From assembly GCA_018645085.1 (NCBI GenBank), contig JABGPG010000136.1, positions 10,603-74,602 of the forward strand: 64,000 nt of DNA. The letters run 5' to 3'. The notes under the pieces were generated by a model. That model was not told the origin of the DNA, ran no database searches, and saw nothing but the letters and a program-made list of their open reading frames with translations. Numbering within the stretch: position 1 is the stretch's first letter; each line of letters opens with the position of its first letter. The stretch is from Deltaproteobacteria bacterium. GTDB taxonomy: Bacteria > SAR324 > NAC60-12. This document shows, one piece after another, positions 1-9,565 of the stretch. Both the position numbers and the translations under genes were made by a program.

Positions 1-1
1 T

Positions 2-370
2 GTACTCGCGTTTTTTGAAGTACCAAATTCACCAACGATGCAGAAAGATCCGAATACTCCGGAATGGTTGCAGCATATTGCTTTTGAAGTGGAGGACATG
101 GCATCCCTGCTCTCCGCCAAGGCTCGTCTTGAGGCAGAGGGACTGGGTGTGTTGGGTCCGGTTGATCATACCATCTTCAAATCAATTTACTTTTTTGATC
201 CCAGTGGCCATCGGCTGGAACTTGCCGTAAACACTGCAAAACCCGGAATGTTGGAAGAACTGCATGAAGTTGCTCCGGCCATGATCGAAGAATGGGACCG
301 GACTAAGAAAGCTCCAAAACATGCCGCATGGCTTCATGATGGTACATTCGCAACAACAGAGGAAAAATAA
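2..370 (+). CDS. VOC/glyoxalase family protein (5' partial; frame is open to the window edge)
   Basis: Frame reads VLAFFEVPNSPTMQKDPNTPEWLQHIAF...SIYFFDPSGHRLEL. HIAF and YFxDPxGxRLE are VOC motifs. Lies directly upstream of the FAH and maiA genes. Confidence 0.85.
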   Translation, partial: VLAFFEVPNSPTMQKDPNTPEWLQHIAFEVEDMASLLSAKARLEAEGLGVLGPVDHTIFKSIYFFDPSGHRLELAVNTAKPGMLEELHEVAPAMIEEWDRTKKAPKHAAWLHDGTFATTEEK

Positions 371-380
371 AAGGTAAAAA

Positions 381-1361
381 ATGAAATTGGCTTCACTTAA
401 AAACGGACGTGACGGCCGTTTAGTGGTTGTAAACAAAACCATGAACCGCTATACAACAGTTACTGAAATCGCACAGACTTTACAAAGTGCCTTAGACAAT
501 TGGTCAGTTTGTGAACCACGTTTGAGAGAAATATCACAAGCGCTTGAAGAAAATCAAATTGCGTCTGAAACTTTTGATCCAGCGCTCTGTGCCTCTCCAT
601 TGCCCAGAGCATATCACTGGGCGGACTGCAGTGCCTATGTGAATCATGTTGAACTGGTACGCAAAGCCCGTAACGCGGAAATTCCGGAAAGTTACTGGAG
701 TGACCCGCTGGTTTATCAAGGAGGCTCAGATGCTTTTTTGGATCCTCAGGAGCCGATTCAAATTGCGGATGAAGCCTGGGGGATTGATTTTGAGGCGGAG
801 GTTGCGGTGATTGTTGATGATGTCCCGATGGGAGTTTCAGAAGAGAATGCAGGGCAGCACATCCAGTTATTGATGTTGGTTAATGATGTTTCACTGCGTA
901 ATTTAATTCCGCAGGAATTGTCCAAGGGTTTCGGATTTTATCAATCTAAACCCTCCAGTGCTTTTTCTCCGCTGGCAGTAACACCAGATGCACTTGGCGA
1001 AGCATGGTCTGACGGAAAACTTCATTTGCCACTGCGTGTAACTCTCAATGACGAGTTGATCGGTCAACCAAATGCGGGTGTTGACATGACTTTTAATTTT
1101 CCGCGTTTGATCGCCCATGTTGCGAAGAGCCGGCCTTTGACTGCCGGAACGATTATCGGTTCCGGAACTGTCTCGAATGTTGACCGCTCCAGCGGTTCCT
1201 GTTGTCTCGCGGAAGTCAGAATGCTCGAAACTATTGCTGATGGAAAACCTAAAACCGAATTTATGAAATTTGATGACTGGGTTAGTATTGAAATGCGTGA
1301 TCCACAGGGGCAGTCCATTTTTGGAGAAATCAAACAACAGGTGAAACCTTATCGTGGTTAA
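381..1361 (+). CDS. Fumarylacetoacetate hydrolase family protein
   Basis: Motifs IDFEAEVAV, LVNDVSLR, GTIIGSGT; adjacent to maiA. Confidence 0.9.
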   Translation: MKLASLKNGRDGRLVVVNKTMNRYTTVTEIAQTLQSALDNWSVCEPRLREISQALEENQIASETFDPALCASPLPRAYHWADCSAYVNHVELVRKARNAEIPESYWSDPLVYQGGSDAFLDPQEPIQIADEAWGIDFEAEVAVIVDDVPMGVSEENAGQHIQLLMLVNDVSLRNLIPQELSKGFGFYQSKPSSAFSPLAVTPDALGEAWSDGKLHLPLRVTLNDELIGQPNAGVDMTFNFPRLIAHVAKSRPLTAGTIIGSGTVSNVDRSSGSCCLAEVRMLETIADGKPKTEFMKFDDWVSIEMRDPQGQSIFGEIKQQVKPYRG

Positions 1362-1388
1362 ATCCTTTAGATTACTCGAGTTAGCTTT

Positions 1389-2036
1389 ATGTTAAAATTA
1401 TACGGTTATTATCGATCTTCTGCGGCCTTTCGTGTACGTATTGCCTTGGAACTTAAAGCACTGGATTGGGAATCCATTCCTGTTAATTTGCGTTTAGGTG
1501 ATCAAAAACAGCAAAATTTTCAACAAAACAACCCACAGGGTTTGGTTCCGTTACTTGAGTCAAACGGACAATTTATCGCGCAATCTCTAGCGATTATCGA
1601 GTACCTTGAGGAACTGCATCCGGATCCTCAACTTTTACCATCAGGAATAACTGAGCGCGCGCAGGTTCGTGGCCTGGCGTACCAGATTGCAATGGAGATG
1701 CATCCATTAAATAATCTACGTGTGCTGAAGTATTTGGAAAAAGAGCTGGGTTTGAACGAAGACAAAAAAACGTATTGGTATCAGCACTGGATTGCGGAAG
1801 GCTTTAGCGCGTTTGAAAAAACTCTAAAAAGTTATGGTTCAGCAGGGCAATTCTGTTTTGGTGATTCACCTAGTCTGGCTGATGTCTGCCTGATTCCGCA
1901 GGTCTACAATGGTCTGCGTTTTAAGTGTGATCTCTCTGCTTATCCACTTATTCAATCCATTTGGGATCACTGTATTAAACTGGATGCCTTTAAAAGTGCG
2001 GCTCCGGAAAACCAGCCTGATGCCACAACAGCTTAG
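1389..2036 (+). CDS. maiA: Maleylacetoacetate isomerase (GST zeta class)
   Basis: N-terminal YYRSSAAFRVRIAL, plus QSLAIIEYL and HPLNNLRVL. Confidence 0.93.
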   Translation: MLKLYGYYRSSAAFRVRIALELKALDWESIPVNLRLGDQKQQNFQQNNPQGLVPLLESNGQFIAQSLAIIEYLEELHPDPQLLPSGITERAQVRGLAYQIAMEMHPLNNLRVLKYLEKELGLNEDKKTYWYQHWIAEGFSAFEKTLKSYGSAGQFCFGDSPSLADVCLIPQVYNGLRFKCDLSAYPLIQSIWDHCIKLDAFKSAAPENQPDATTA

Positions 2037-2167
2037 TTCAACAGCTAGCACAGTGTCTAGCACATAATGGTAAAATTTTTTGCTGTCGCTGTACTAAACT
2101 CCATTTGAACAAATACCGCTCAAATAAAAGTATTTTTTGAGATTATGCCATTGATACCTGTATTATT

Positions 2168-3796
2168 ATGAAGCGCTCTTTTCCTATGATTTCACTGCCC
2201 CGTACTCTTCACGGGCGGATGTTGCTGTTGATGTCGCTTTTGCTGGGTGTACTGATCAGCATTACCTGGCTACTAGTTTCTGTACTCGTTTCCTCAATTC
2301 TGGAAGAATACATAGGACGTAATGCCTTGAATGTCTCAAAGGCAGTTTCGCTTACTACAGAAATTCAGCAAGGTTTACTCAAGCAAAATTCTACCGAGAT
2401 TCAGCAATATGCAGAATCCGTAAGAAAAGCAACCGGTGCAAAATTTGTGGTGGTTGGAGACCATAAAGGCAAACGCTACAGTCACCCTGTGCCGGAAAGG
2501 ATCGGCAAGTTCATGGTCGGCGGTGATAATGCACGCGCGCTTGAAGGAGGAGAGGCTTATATCTCAAAAGCGGTGGGTACACTTGGGCCTTCGATGCGTG
2601 GGAAAGTTCCGGTATTTGATGATGCAGGAAAAGTGATTGGCGTTGTTTCTGTAGGTTATTTACAGGAAACTGTTGAGGAAGTAACCGCGGATTATCTGCA
2701 GCGAATTTTGCTATGGGTTTTTATTTTATTTTTATTAGGCGGTCTTGGCACATGGCTAATTGCACGGGACGTTAAAATGTCAATCTTTGGGCTTGAACCT
2801 GCTGAAATTGCAACATTGTTCAAGGAACGTAATGCGATCCTGGATTCCATCCGTGAAGGTGTTGTTGCGATCAACGATGAAGGTCGAGTAACCATGCTCG
2901 ATCACGAAGCAGCCAAAATTTTGGATATCAAACCGGAATCAGGAATCGGCACACCTATTGAGTCAATTTTACCGCAGACAAGAATGCTGGAAGTCCTGGA
3001 AAGCGGTGAAGCACAATTTGATCAGGAAATGATGATTGGTGATATTGAAGTTGTGGTTAACCGTGTTCCTATCTGGCAAAATGAACGTGTCACAGGAGTT
3101 GTTTCCAGCATCCGCCGTAAACAGGAAATTGACCGGATGGCACAAGAACTGACGCAAATTCAGGAGTATTCAGAAGCCCTGCGCACACAGACTCACGAAT
3201 ATTCGAACAAACTGCACACGCTTGCCGGTCTGATTCAACTCGGATCACACAAGGAAGCGCTCGATTTGATCGGACGTGAAACTTCCGGATATCAGGAATT
3301 GCTTGGCACATTAGCAGAGACAGTTCCGGAACCGTTATTGTCCGCCATAATCCTTGGGAAATATAACCGCGCGCAGGAATTGAGGATAAATTTTAAACTT
3401 GATCCGGAAAGCCGGATGATTGATTTTCCTGAGAATATCAGTCGCGAAAAAATAGTTACTATCCTGGGTAATTTGCTGGAAAATGCGATTGAAGCGGCAA
3501 AGGAGAATCCTTCCGGAGAACCCATGGTGCAGCTTTCAATGACTGATTTCGGCAATGATCTGATTTTCGAGGTAGAAGATTCAGGTAGCGGAATCGAAGT
3601 TGAGTCGGTTGATTTATTACTGAAGCACGGCTTTACTACCAAATCCGGAGCAGGACGCGGAATTGGACTTTCTCTGGTTCAGCAAAATTTGGAATATCTA
3701 GGAGGTCATTTGACGGTAGTCCGGAGTTCAATCGGGGGGATGCGTTTCACAATTTATATTCCCAAACATCCTAATTCAGCTGGAGAAACAGGATGA
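2168..3796 (+). CDS. CitA/DcuS-family sensor histidine kinase
   Basis: Two TM segments, periplasmic sCache (RYSHP, GTLGPSMRGK), PAS region, H-box LRTQTHEYSNKLH, HATPase GNLLENA and GFTTK...GIGL. Confidence 0.92.
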   Translation: MKRSFPMISLPRTLHGRMLLLMSLLLGVLISITWLLVSVLVSSILEEYIGRNALNVSKAVSLTTEIQQGLLKQNSTEIQQYAESVRKATGAKFVVVGDHKGKRYSHPVPERIGKFMVGGDNARALEGGEAYISKAVGTLGPSMRGKVPVFDDAGKVIGVVSVGYLQETVEEVTADYLQRILLWVFILFLLGGLGTWLIARDVKMSIFGLEPAEIATLFKERNAILDSIREGVVAINDEGRVTMLDHEAAKILDIKPESGIGTPIESILPQTRMLEVLESGEAQFDQEMMIGDIEVVVNRVPIWQNERVTGVVSSIRRKQEIDRMAQELTQIQEYSEALRTQTHEYSNKLHTLAGLIQLGSHKEALDLIGRETSGYQELLGTLAETVPEPLLSAIILGKYNRAQELRINFKLDPESRMIDFPENISREKIVTILGNLLENAIEAAKENPSGEPMVQLSMTDFGNDLIFEVEDSGSGIEVESVDLLLKHGFTTKSGAGRGIGLSLVQQNLEYLGGHLTVVRSSIGGMRFTIYIPKHPNSAGETG

Positions 3797-4482
3797 ACCT
3801 GCGTGTTTTGATCATAGACGATGATGAGCGGATTGCGGAAATTCACCGACGTTACGTTGAAAAAACGGATGGTTTTGAAGTTGTTGGTATTGCCAATACT
3901 CTTGAGGATGCTCAACTGCAGTTGGATGTTCTTGAACCGGATTTGTTACTGCTTGATATTTTCTTTCCGGAAGGAAACGGATTGGAATTTCTAAAACAAA
4001 CGAGGCTCCACCGTAAACAGGTCGATGTGATTCCAATCACTGCGGCGAAAGAAGTCCATTTGTTCAATGAAGCCCTGCATGGAGGGGTTTTTGATTATAT
4101 TCTCAAACCAGTTGTTTTGTCACGTTTTCAAACCACTCTGCAGCGTTATAGACAAACAAAAAATCAGCTTTCAAATATCGATCAGCTTGATCAGCACGAC
4201 GTTGACAGAGCACTGCACGCAGGCAGCAGTGACTTGCATGAATCAGCGGAATTACCTAAAGGAATTGACGGGCTCACTTTAGAAAAGGTGCAGCAGGTCT
4301 TCAGCACCAGACAGAATTCCAGCTTAACTTCCGAAGAAGTGGCTTCACTAATTGGAGCAAGCAGAACCACTGTACGGCGTTATCTTGAATTTTTAGTTTC
4401 CCAAACTATGCTGGATGTTGATGTGAATTATGGAGGAGTTGGACGTCCGGAACGTCGTTACTTCCTGAGGAGAACTCATTAA
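3793..4482 (+). CDS. CitB/DcuR-family response regulator
   Basis: Receiver domain (IIDDD, LLDI, DYILKP); C-terminal LPKGIDxLTL...SRTTVRRYLE...GRPER; ATGA overlap with the kinase gene. Confidence 0.92.
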   Translation: MNLRVLIIDDDERIAEIHRRYVEKTDGFEVVGIANTLEDAQLQLDVLEPDLLLLDIFFPEGNGLEFLKQTRLHRKQVDVIPITAAKEVHLFNEALHGGVFDYILKPVVLSRFQTTLQRYRQTKNQLSNIDQLDQHDVDRALHAGSSDLHESAELPKGIDGLTLEKVQQVFSTRQNSSLTSEEVASLIGASRTTVRRYLEFLVSQTMLDVDVNYGGVGRPERRYFLRRTH

Positions 4483-4699
4483 AACTGAAAGTGATTAGTC
4501 ATTTCGCGAGAATAGTGAAGTATAGCACATTAGAACTTTGTTTAAGAAAGACCGATCAAGTAGTAGTTAAAATTTCTGTAAAACCTTTAAAATATGACAG
4601 TCCTTTAAAAAGTCTGAAGACCAAAAATTATCATTTTGAATTGACACGGTTTTCGGTCTTTTTACAGATTCATCAAAGATAAGAATTAAGAGCTATTTT

Positions 4700-6214
4700 A
4701 TGTCCAACCCGCTTTATGAAACTCTGTTCGGAAAATACGCCGGACATTCGACCACATTCCTTTATCTGCCTGATGGAAAAACGATCAGCCATGATTCTTT
4801 TATCCGTATGGCTGGACGTTCTGCAAATGCACTCAGAGAAATGGGACTTGCTGTCGGTGACCGTGTGGCAGTACAGGTTGACAAATGTGCTGAAGCACTT
4901 GCAGTTTATGCGGCTTGTGTTCAATCCGGCCTGGTTTACCTGCCGCTTAATGCCGCCTACACACCGGCTGAAGTCTCATATTTTATTGAAGACAGCGGTG
5001 CAAAACTATTTATCTGTCAAGGCTCCAAAGAAGATGAACTTGTTGCTGTTGCCGAAAAATCTGGGGCACTGCTGGAAACATTGAATGCTGACGGTACAGG
5101 GTCATTTACTGAATTAACTCGGAATAAGGACGATACATTTAAAACCGCAGAACGTGACGGAGAGGATCTTGTGGCGCTGCTCTATACCTCAGGCACAACG
5201 GGACGTTCCAAGGGTGCGATGCTGAGTCAGAACAATTTACTTTCAAATGCTGAGACTCTAGTCGAGCTTTGGCAATTTACGGAGAGAGACGTTCTGTTGC
5301 ATGCTCTACCTATCTTTCACACCCATGGATTATTTGTAGCAACTAATGTGACACTTGCGGCAGGCGGTTCTATGATCTTCATACCGAAATTTGATTTAGA
5401 CTCGATCATCGAAAATCTTCCAAACGCAACCACGATGATGGGCGTCCCAACTTTTTATACAAGGCTTTTGAATGATTCACGCTTCAACAAAGATCTAACT
5501 CAGCACATGCGGCTTTTCGTCTCTGGAAGCGCTCCGTTGTTGGCCGAAACGCATGTTCAATTTGAAGCACGGACAGGCCACCGAATTCTTGAGCGTTACG
5601 GAATGACTGAAACAAACATGAATACCTCAAATCCATATGACGGTGAACGCCGTGCCGGAACGGTTGGTTTTCCGCTGCCGGGAATTGAAATTAAGATTAC
5701 TGACTCGAAAACCGGTGAGGCACTAGCAGATGGTGAAATTGGTGAGATTGAAGTACGAGGACCAAATGTATTCAGCGGTTATTGGCAAATGCCGGAAAAA
5801 ACCGCGGAAGAACTTCGTAAGGATGGTTTCTTTATCACTGGTGATCTAGGTACGATTGACAGCGACGGTTACCTCCACATTTCCGGACGCAACAAAGACG
5901 TGATCATTTCCGGCGGATATAATATCTACCCCAAAGAAATTGAAATGTTACTCGATGAGCAACCCGGTATTATGGAAAGTGCGGTGATAGGTTTAGCACA
6001 TCCGGATTTGGGAGAAGCAGTTGCCGGTATTTTGGTGGCTGAAAAAGGTGAGACGCCGGATCTTGACGAGTTAGCGAAAGCAATCAGCGCATCTCTTGCG
6101 AAGTACAAACAACCCCGAAAACTACTAGTCATCCCTGAACTTCCGAGAAATACTATGGCTAAAGTACAGAAAAATATCTTAAGGCAAGAGTATAAAGATG
6201 TATTCAAGCAGTGA
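4700..6214 (+). CDS. matB: Malonyl-CoA synthetase (ANL adenylate-forming family)
   Basis: YTSGTTGRSKG, HALPIFHTHGLFVA, ILERYGMTETNMNTSNPY, PRNTMAKVQK. Confidence 0.88.
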   Translation: MSNPLYETLFGKYAGHSTTFLYLPDGKTISHDSFIRMAGRSANALREMGLAVGDRVAVQVDKCAEALAVYAACVQSGLVYLPLNAAYTPAEVSYFIEDSGAKLFICQGSKEDELVAVAEKSGALLETLNADGTGSFTELTRNKDDTFKTAERDGEDLVALLYTSGTTGRSKGAMLSQNNLLSNAETLVELWQFTERDVLLHALPIFHTHGLFVATNVTLAAGGSMIFIPKFDLDSIIENLPNATTMMGVPTFYTRLLNDSRFNKDLTQHMRLFVSGSAPLLAETHVQFEARTGHRILERYGMTETNMNTSNPYDGERRAGTVGFPLPGIEIKITDSKTGEALADGEIGEIEVRGPNVFSGYWQMPEKTAEELRKDGFFITGDLGTIDSDGYLHISGRNKDVIISGGYNIYPKEIEMLLDEQPGIMESAVIGLAHPDLGEAVAGILVAEKGETPDLDELAKAISASLAKYKQPRKLLVIPELPRNTMAKVQKNILRQEYKDVFKQ

Positions 6215-6472
6215 GATTCATGCTCAAATCATATTCACTATTATGCGGCATAAAATTCTCAGTCCAGACTTAGAGGTTTTCTGGACAAACTGTTGATAAT
6301 TTGACGCTATTACTAACATAACAGACAACATCCTCATTGCCTCTTAATAACCATAAAAACCGCACATTCTTTTGTGCAGGACACACGTATCTTACAGGAA
6401 GTAAAAAATAACGACTTCATTTGCAGATGTATTTTTAAGGGCTGATAACTACTGAGAGTTTCCAGATAATGG

Positions 6473-6501
6473 TTGACATTCCTGAAAAAATGATTGATAA
6501 T
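6473..6501 (+). promoter_or_regulatory. Candidate sigma70 promoter
   Basis: TTGACA-N17-GATAAT upstream of the double-HTH gene. Confidence 0.55.
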
Positions 6502-6631
6502 TCAAGGCATATTATTAAATATGCGGTACTTCAGCTTAGTAAAAAATCGCATCAGCTAGAAAGAAAAGCAGTAGAAGCTAAAAATATAATTCTTGTGCTG
6601 CAAACAAAAGAATAACGAAAAAGAGTGTGAA

Positions 6632-7066
6632 ATGGAATTTGGCGAACAAATGACACAATGGCGGGAGGAATCCGGTTTAACTCGCAAAGAGTTTGCCCGA
6701 AAACTCAGTGTTTCACTGACTGCTGTAAAAAATTGGGAAACTGGACACTCAACTCCTAAATTGACGAAATACAGTGAGATTGCGAAAGTATTAGCGATTG
6801 ATGTGCGGCAAATGGGTTTGGATAATGACCTGGATCTGGAACGTATCGGTGATCGTATCAAATATGCACGTTTACTGAGAGGCATGTCGATAGAAGCATT
6901 TGCCTACGAACATGGCTTTGCAATTCAAACTGTAAAAAGCTGGGAATCGCATGCTGCAGAGGTCACAGAAGCCTCTTTGGAGCGTATTTCGCGTGCGTTG
7001 AAAATTCCTTCTCCATTCTTTGAAATGAAGAATGATCCTCACCAGGAATTAGCCGACCTCAAATAA
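6632..7066 (+). CDS. XRE-family regulator with two tandem HTH domains
   Basis: Two Cro/C1-like units: REESGLTRKEFARKLSVSLTAVKNWETG and RLLRGMSIEAFAYEHGFAIQTVKSWESH. ATG 6632 preferred to TTG 6593. Confidence 0.85.
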   Translation: MEFGEQMTQWREESGLTRKEFARKLSVSLTAVKNWETGHSTPKLTKYSEIAKVLAIDVRQMGLDNDLDLERIGDRIKYARLLRGMSIEAFAYEHGFAIQTVKSWESHAAEVTEASLERISRALKIPSPFFEMKNDPHQELADLK

Positions 7067-7070
7067 TCAA

Positions 7071-7096
7071 CGGGTTTCCATTTTTTGGCAAACCCG
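7071..7096. terminator. Hairpin between convergent genes, probable terminator
   Basis: CGGGTTT...AAACCCG inverted repeat between the XRE gene and the lipoprotein operon. Confidence 0.5.
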
Positions 7097-7100
7097 GGAT

Positions 7101-8360
7101 TTAGTTAATAGTCCTTGTTAAAGCAGCTTTAAATACTGGATTATTACTGTCCATCTTCAGGGCGGTTTCGTAGTGTTTTCTTGCTTGCGAAATTTCCCCA
7201 GCTGCTTCAAAAGCTAAACCAAGGTTGTGCTCATCCTCTGCTGTACGTTCGTTTAAAGCTAGCAGAAAAGCAACAGCCTCCTGGTAGGCATTCCCCCTGA
7301 TCAAATTAACCGCAACACTGTTACCATCCTGTACAAGTAATTCTGCCCTTTCTTGATAAGGACTGATTTGTTTGACGTATTGTCGTGCAACTTGTCGTCC
7401 GAGTCTGATTTTCAGCTCCAGTGTAGTTTGCGGAACCTTTGCATTATTTCTCAGGTTAAATCCTCTGGCAAAATATTCAGTTGGGTTTGTAAAGGATAAT
7501 CCTGCACGGTCAATTATTGAAAGAAGTGACTCAGAAGAATCTTCATCAGACTGATAATTATTTATAATTGAGTCCTTTATCTTTAGCGGTAAATGCGAAG
7601 TTACGACTGAACCACCCCATTTCCGGACAAAGTAAGTTCGAAAACTTTGTGAAGGAACTACTTCACTGCCGTCATTTTTTCGGAGCAGTGAAAATTCAAC
7701 TTCCAGCGCGGCTATTTGCTCCACATAAGGTGTTGCTATCACAAATCCTGTTCCGGATGATTCTGCACCCATTGAAACAACTCCTGCCAGCAAAGATTGT
7801 TCGAGCGTGGCGCCTTTGTTTTTCACATTTGTAAAATATGAAAGACCCTCCTCTGATTCAATAATAATTTCCGCATATTTAACTTTTCCATGTAGGACTG
7901 CAATTTCGGACTGATCTGGAAGTGCTACGCTAAATCCTGCTTCCTTTCCGGTTGTGTTTATCAACTGATATGGTGACTGAAGTGAAAGTTCATGTAGCAA
8001 AGCGGCTCTCAGCAAATCAGCTGTGAGGTGCCCCTGTTCATTTGTTGAATTGAATTCGGAAATGGCTGGTTTTAATAATTTTTCTGTTCCGCTAAAAATT
8101 CGCTTGGATTCGGATGTTGCGTCACTTGGAAATTTGATTTGTCCTGATACAGTTTGAAAATTGCCAACCTCAATGTAGTTTATATTTTCAACAATCTGCA
8201 GCGGTGGACGCTCAATTTGAAAACTGACTTTTGGTGCACAGGCCGTGAATAAAAATGCAGAAAGGCAGAAAAGTAGAAAAACGCTGAGCTTTACTTCAGC
8301 GAAGGCTTTCCGTATTTCGGAAGAGGATACGAAATAAATATTTGAGAAGATAAGTTTCAT
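7101..8360 (-). CDS. Putative lipoprotein with C-terminal TPR (paralog 3)
   Basis: Lipobox LFTAC, then QIERPP; C-terminal DEHNLGLAFEA TPR. Start uncertain. Confidence 0.75.
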   Translation of the reverse strand: MKLIFSNIYFVSSSEIRKAFAEVKLSVFLLFCLSAFLFTACAPKVSFQIERPPLQIVENINYIEVGNFQTVSGQIKFPSDATSESKRIFSGTEKLLKPAISEFNSTNEQGHLTADLLRAALLHELSLQSPYQLINTTGKEAGFSVALPDQSEIAVLHGKVKYAEIIIESEEGLSYFTNVKNKGATLEQSLLAGVVSMGAESSGTGFVIATPYVEQIAALEVEFSLLRKNDGSEVVPSQSFRTYFVRKWGGSVVTSHLPLKIKDSIINNYQSDEDSSESLLSIIDRAGLSFTNPTEYFARGFNLRNNAKVPQTTLELKIRLGRQVARQYVKQISPYQERAELLVQDGNSVAVNLIRGNAYQEAVAFLLALNERTAEDEHNLGLAFEAAGEISQARKHYETALKMDSNNPVFKAALTRTIN

Positions 8361-8401
8361 TAAATCATTCTTAGAATAATATACATAAAATCGGCAGCAG
8401 A

Positions 8402-9553
8402 CTAACGTGATTCAAGCTGTCGCTGTAGTTGAGGGTGTTCACGCCGAAGTCTTTCAATGCGTCCAAGTCCCTGGGCAAAAAGCAGGTTTTCCGGTTCAGC
8501 CTGCCAGGCCTCTCTGTAAGTCGTCTGGGCAAGTCCAAAATCTCCAATTGCTTCAAAGCAAAGTCCAAGGTTATAAAGATCATTTGGATCAGGATTTTCA
8601 GCAGTTGCCTGCTGCAGTTGAGCTATTGCTAAATCGTAAGCACCGGCTTCAATCAAAATTTTCGCATTTGGGAAGCTGCCCTCAGCAACAGGGTAGCTGA
8701 CAACTTTTTCTGTGACGGCAACTCGACGGACAAATCCGCTCGCAATTGAAAGTGCCATATCCGCAATTATTTGCTCAAAAGAAGGTAGGACATCTGCAGA
8801 GCTTTCAATGCTGTCAGTCATTGAGCTTTTCGATGGGGACAAAACTGAGGTGAAACTGTCAGCAATTTGCTGAAAACTTTCTCCGCTCCTTCCGCCAATC
8901 CGTTGAGAGTAAGTTCTAGTCTCAAAAGTTGTTGCGACCACTTCAGTCGGCAGCAAACGGGTCATCTTAATCTCAAGTCCTAATGTCCCGCTCGTTGATT
9001 TGTAAGGCCACCAAACTACTTGATCAACTGTCAGATTAAGGCCGAGACTGTTTCTGGAACGAGGAGGCCGAAAATATTCCAGACTTTCTTTGCTTAAGTC
9101 AACTCCATCTGTACGTTCAATTTCAAGCCAGAGTTTACCATTGATAACTGCGTCAACATTTTTAGTTTTGTAACCGCGTACTGAAACCAACTGTTGAAGC
9201 GCCTCGTCATTTGCCAGCTCCTCAAATTCATCACTAAAAATAACCTTGAAGTACGGAGTTGCGGTTAATAAATTTATCACCCTTGCTCTTACTGAACGGC
9301 TGATGGATTTTTGCTGTTCCTCATTCAGTAAAACAGGATGAGTTTGCCAGACGCCGTTTCGTTCGGTTTTATATTTCAGCATTATCCGGCCTATCTCAAA
9401 TCCTCCTACTGCTACATTTTTTATTTTCCGCGTATTAATTTCTGCAGGTGAGCGGACAGTAAGTGTCGCTTTAGCACAACCTGAAATTAAAATCACGGAG
9501 ATCAGCAATATCAACAATAAATGATTAAAGATATAGTTATTCAAAAATTTCAT
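8402..9553 (-). CDS. Putative lipoprotein with C-terminal TPR (paralog 2)
   Basis: Lipobox LISGC, then TVRSPAEI; C-terminal DLYNLGLCFEA TPR. Confidence 0.8.
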   Translation of the reverse strand: MKFLNNYIFNHLLLILLISVILISGCAKATLTVRSPAEINTRKIKNVAVGGFEIGRIMLKYKTERNGVWQTHPVLLNEEQQKSISRSVRARVINLLTATPYFKVIFSDEFEELANDEALQQLVSVRGYKTKNVDAVINGKLWLEIERTDGVDLSKESLEYFRPPRSRNSLGLNLTVDQVVWWPYKSTSGTLGLEIKMTRLLPTEVVATTFETRTYSQRIGGRSGESFQQIADSFTSVLSPSKSSMTDSIESSADVLPSFEQIIADMALSIASGFVRRVAVTEKVVSYPVAEGSFPNAKILIEAGAYDLAIAQLQQATAENPDPNDLYNLGLCFEAIGDFGLAQTTYREAWQAEPENLLFAQGLGRIERLRREHPQLQRQLESR

Positions 9554-9565
9554 TTTTGTCTTTTT

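Noticed and set aside
6632..7066. Prophage repressor marking a prophage
   Set aside because: No phage structural, replication or integrase genes nearby.
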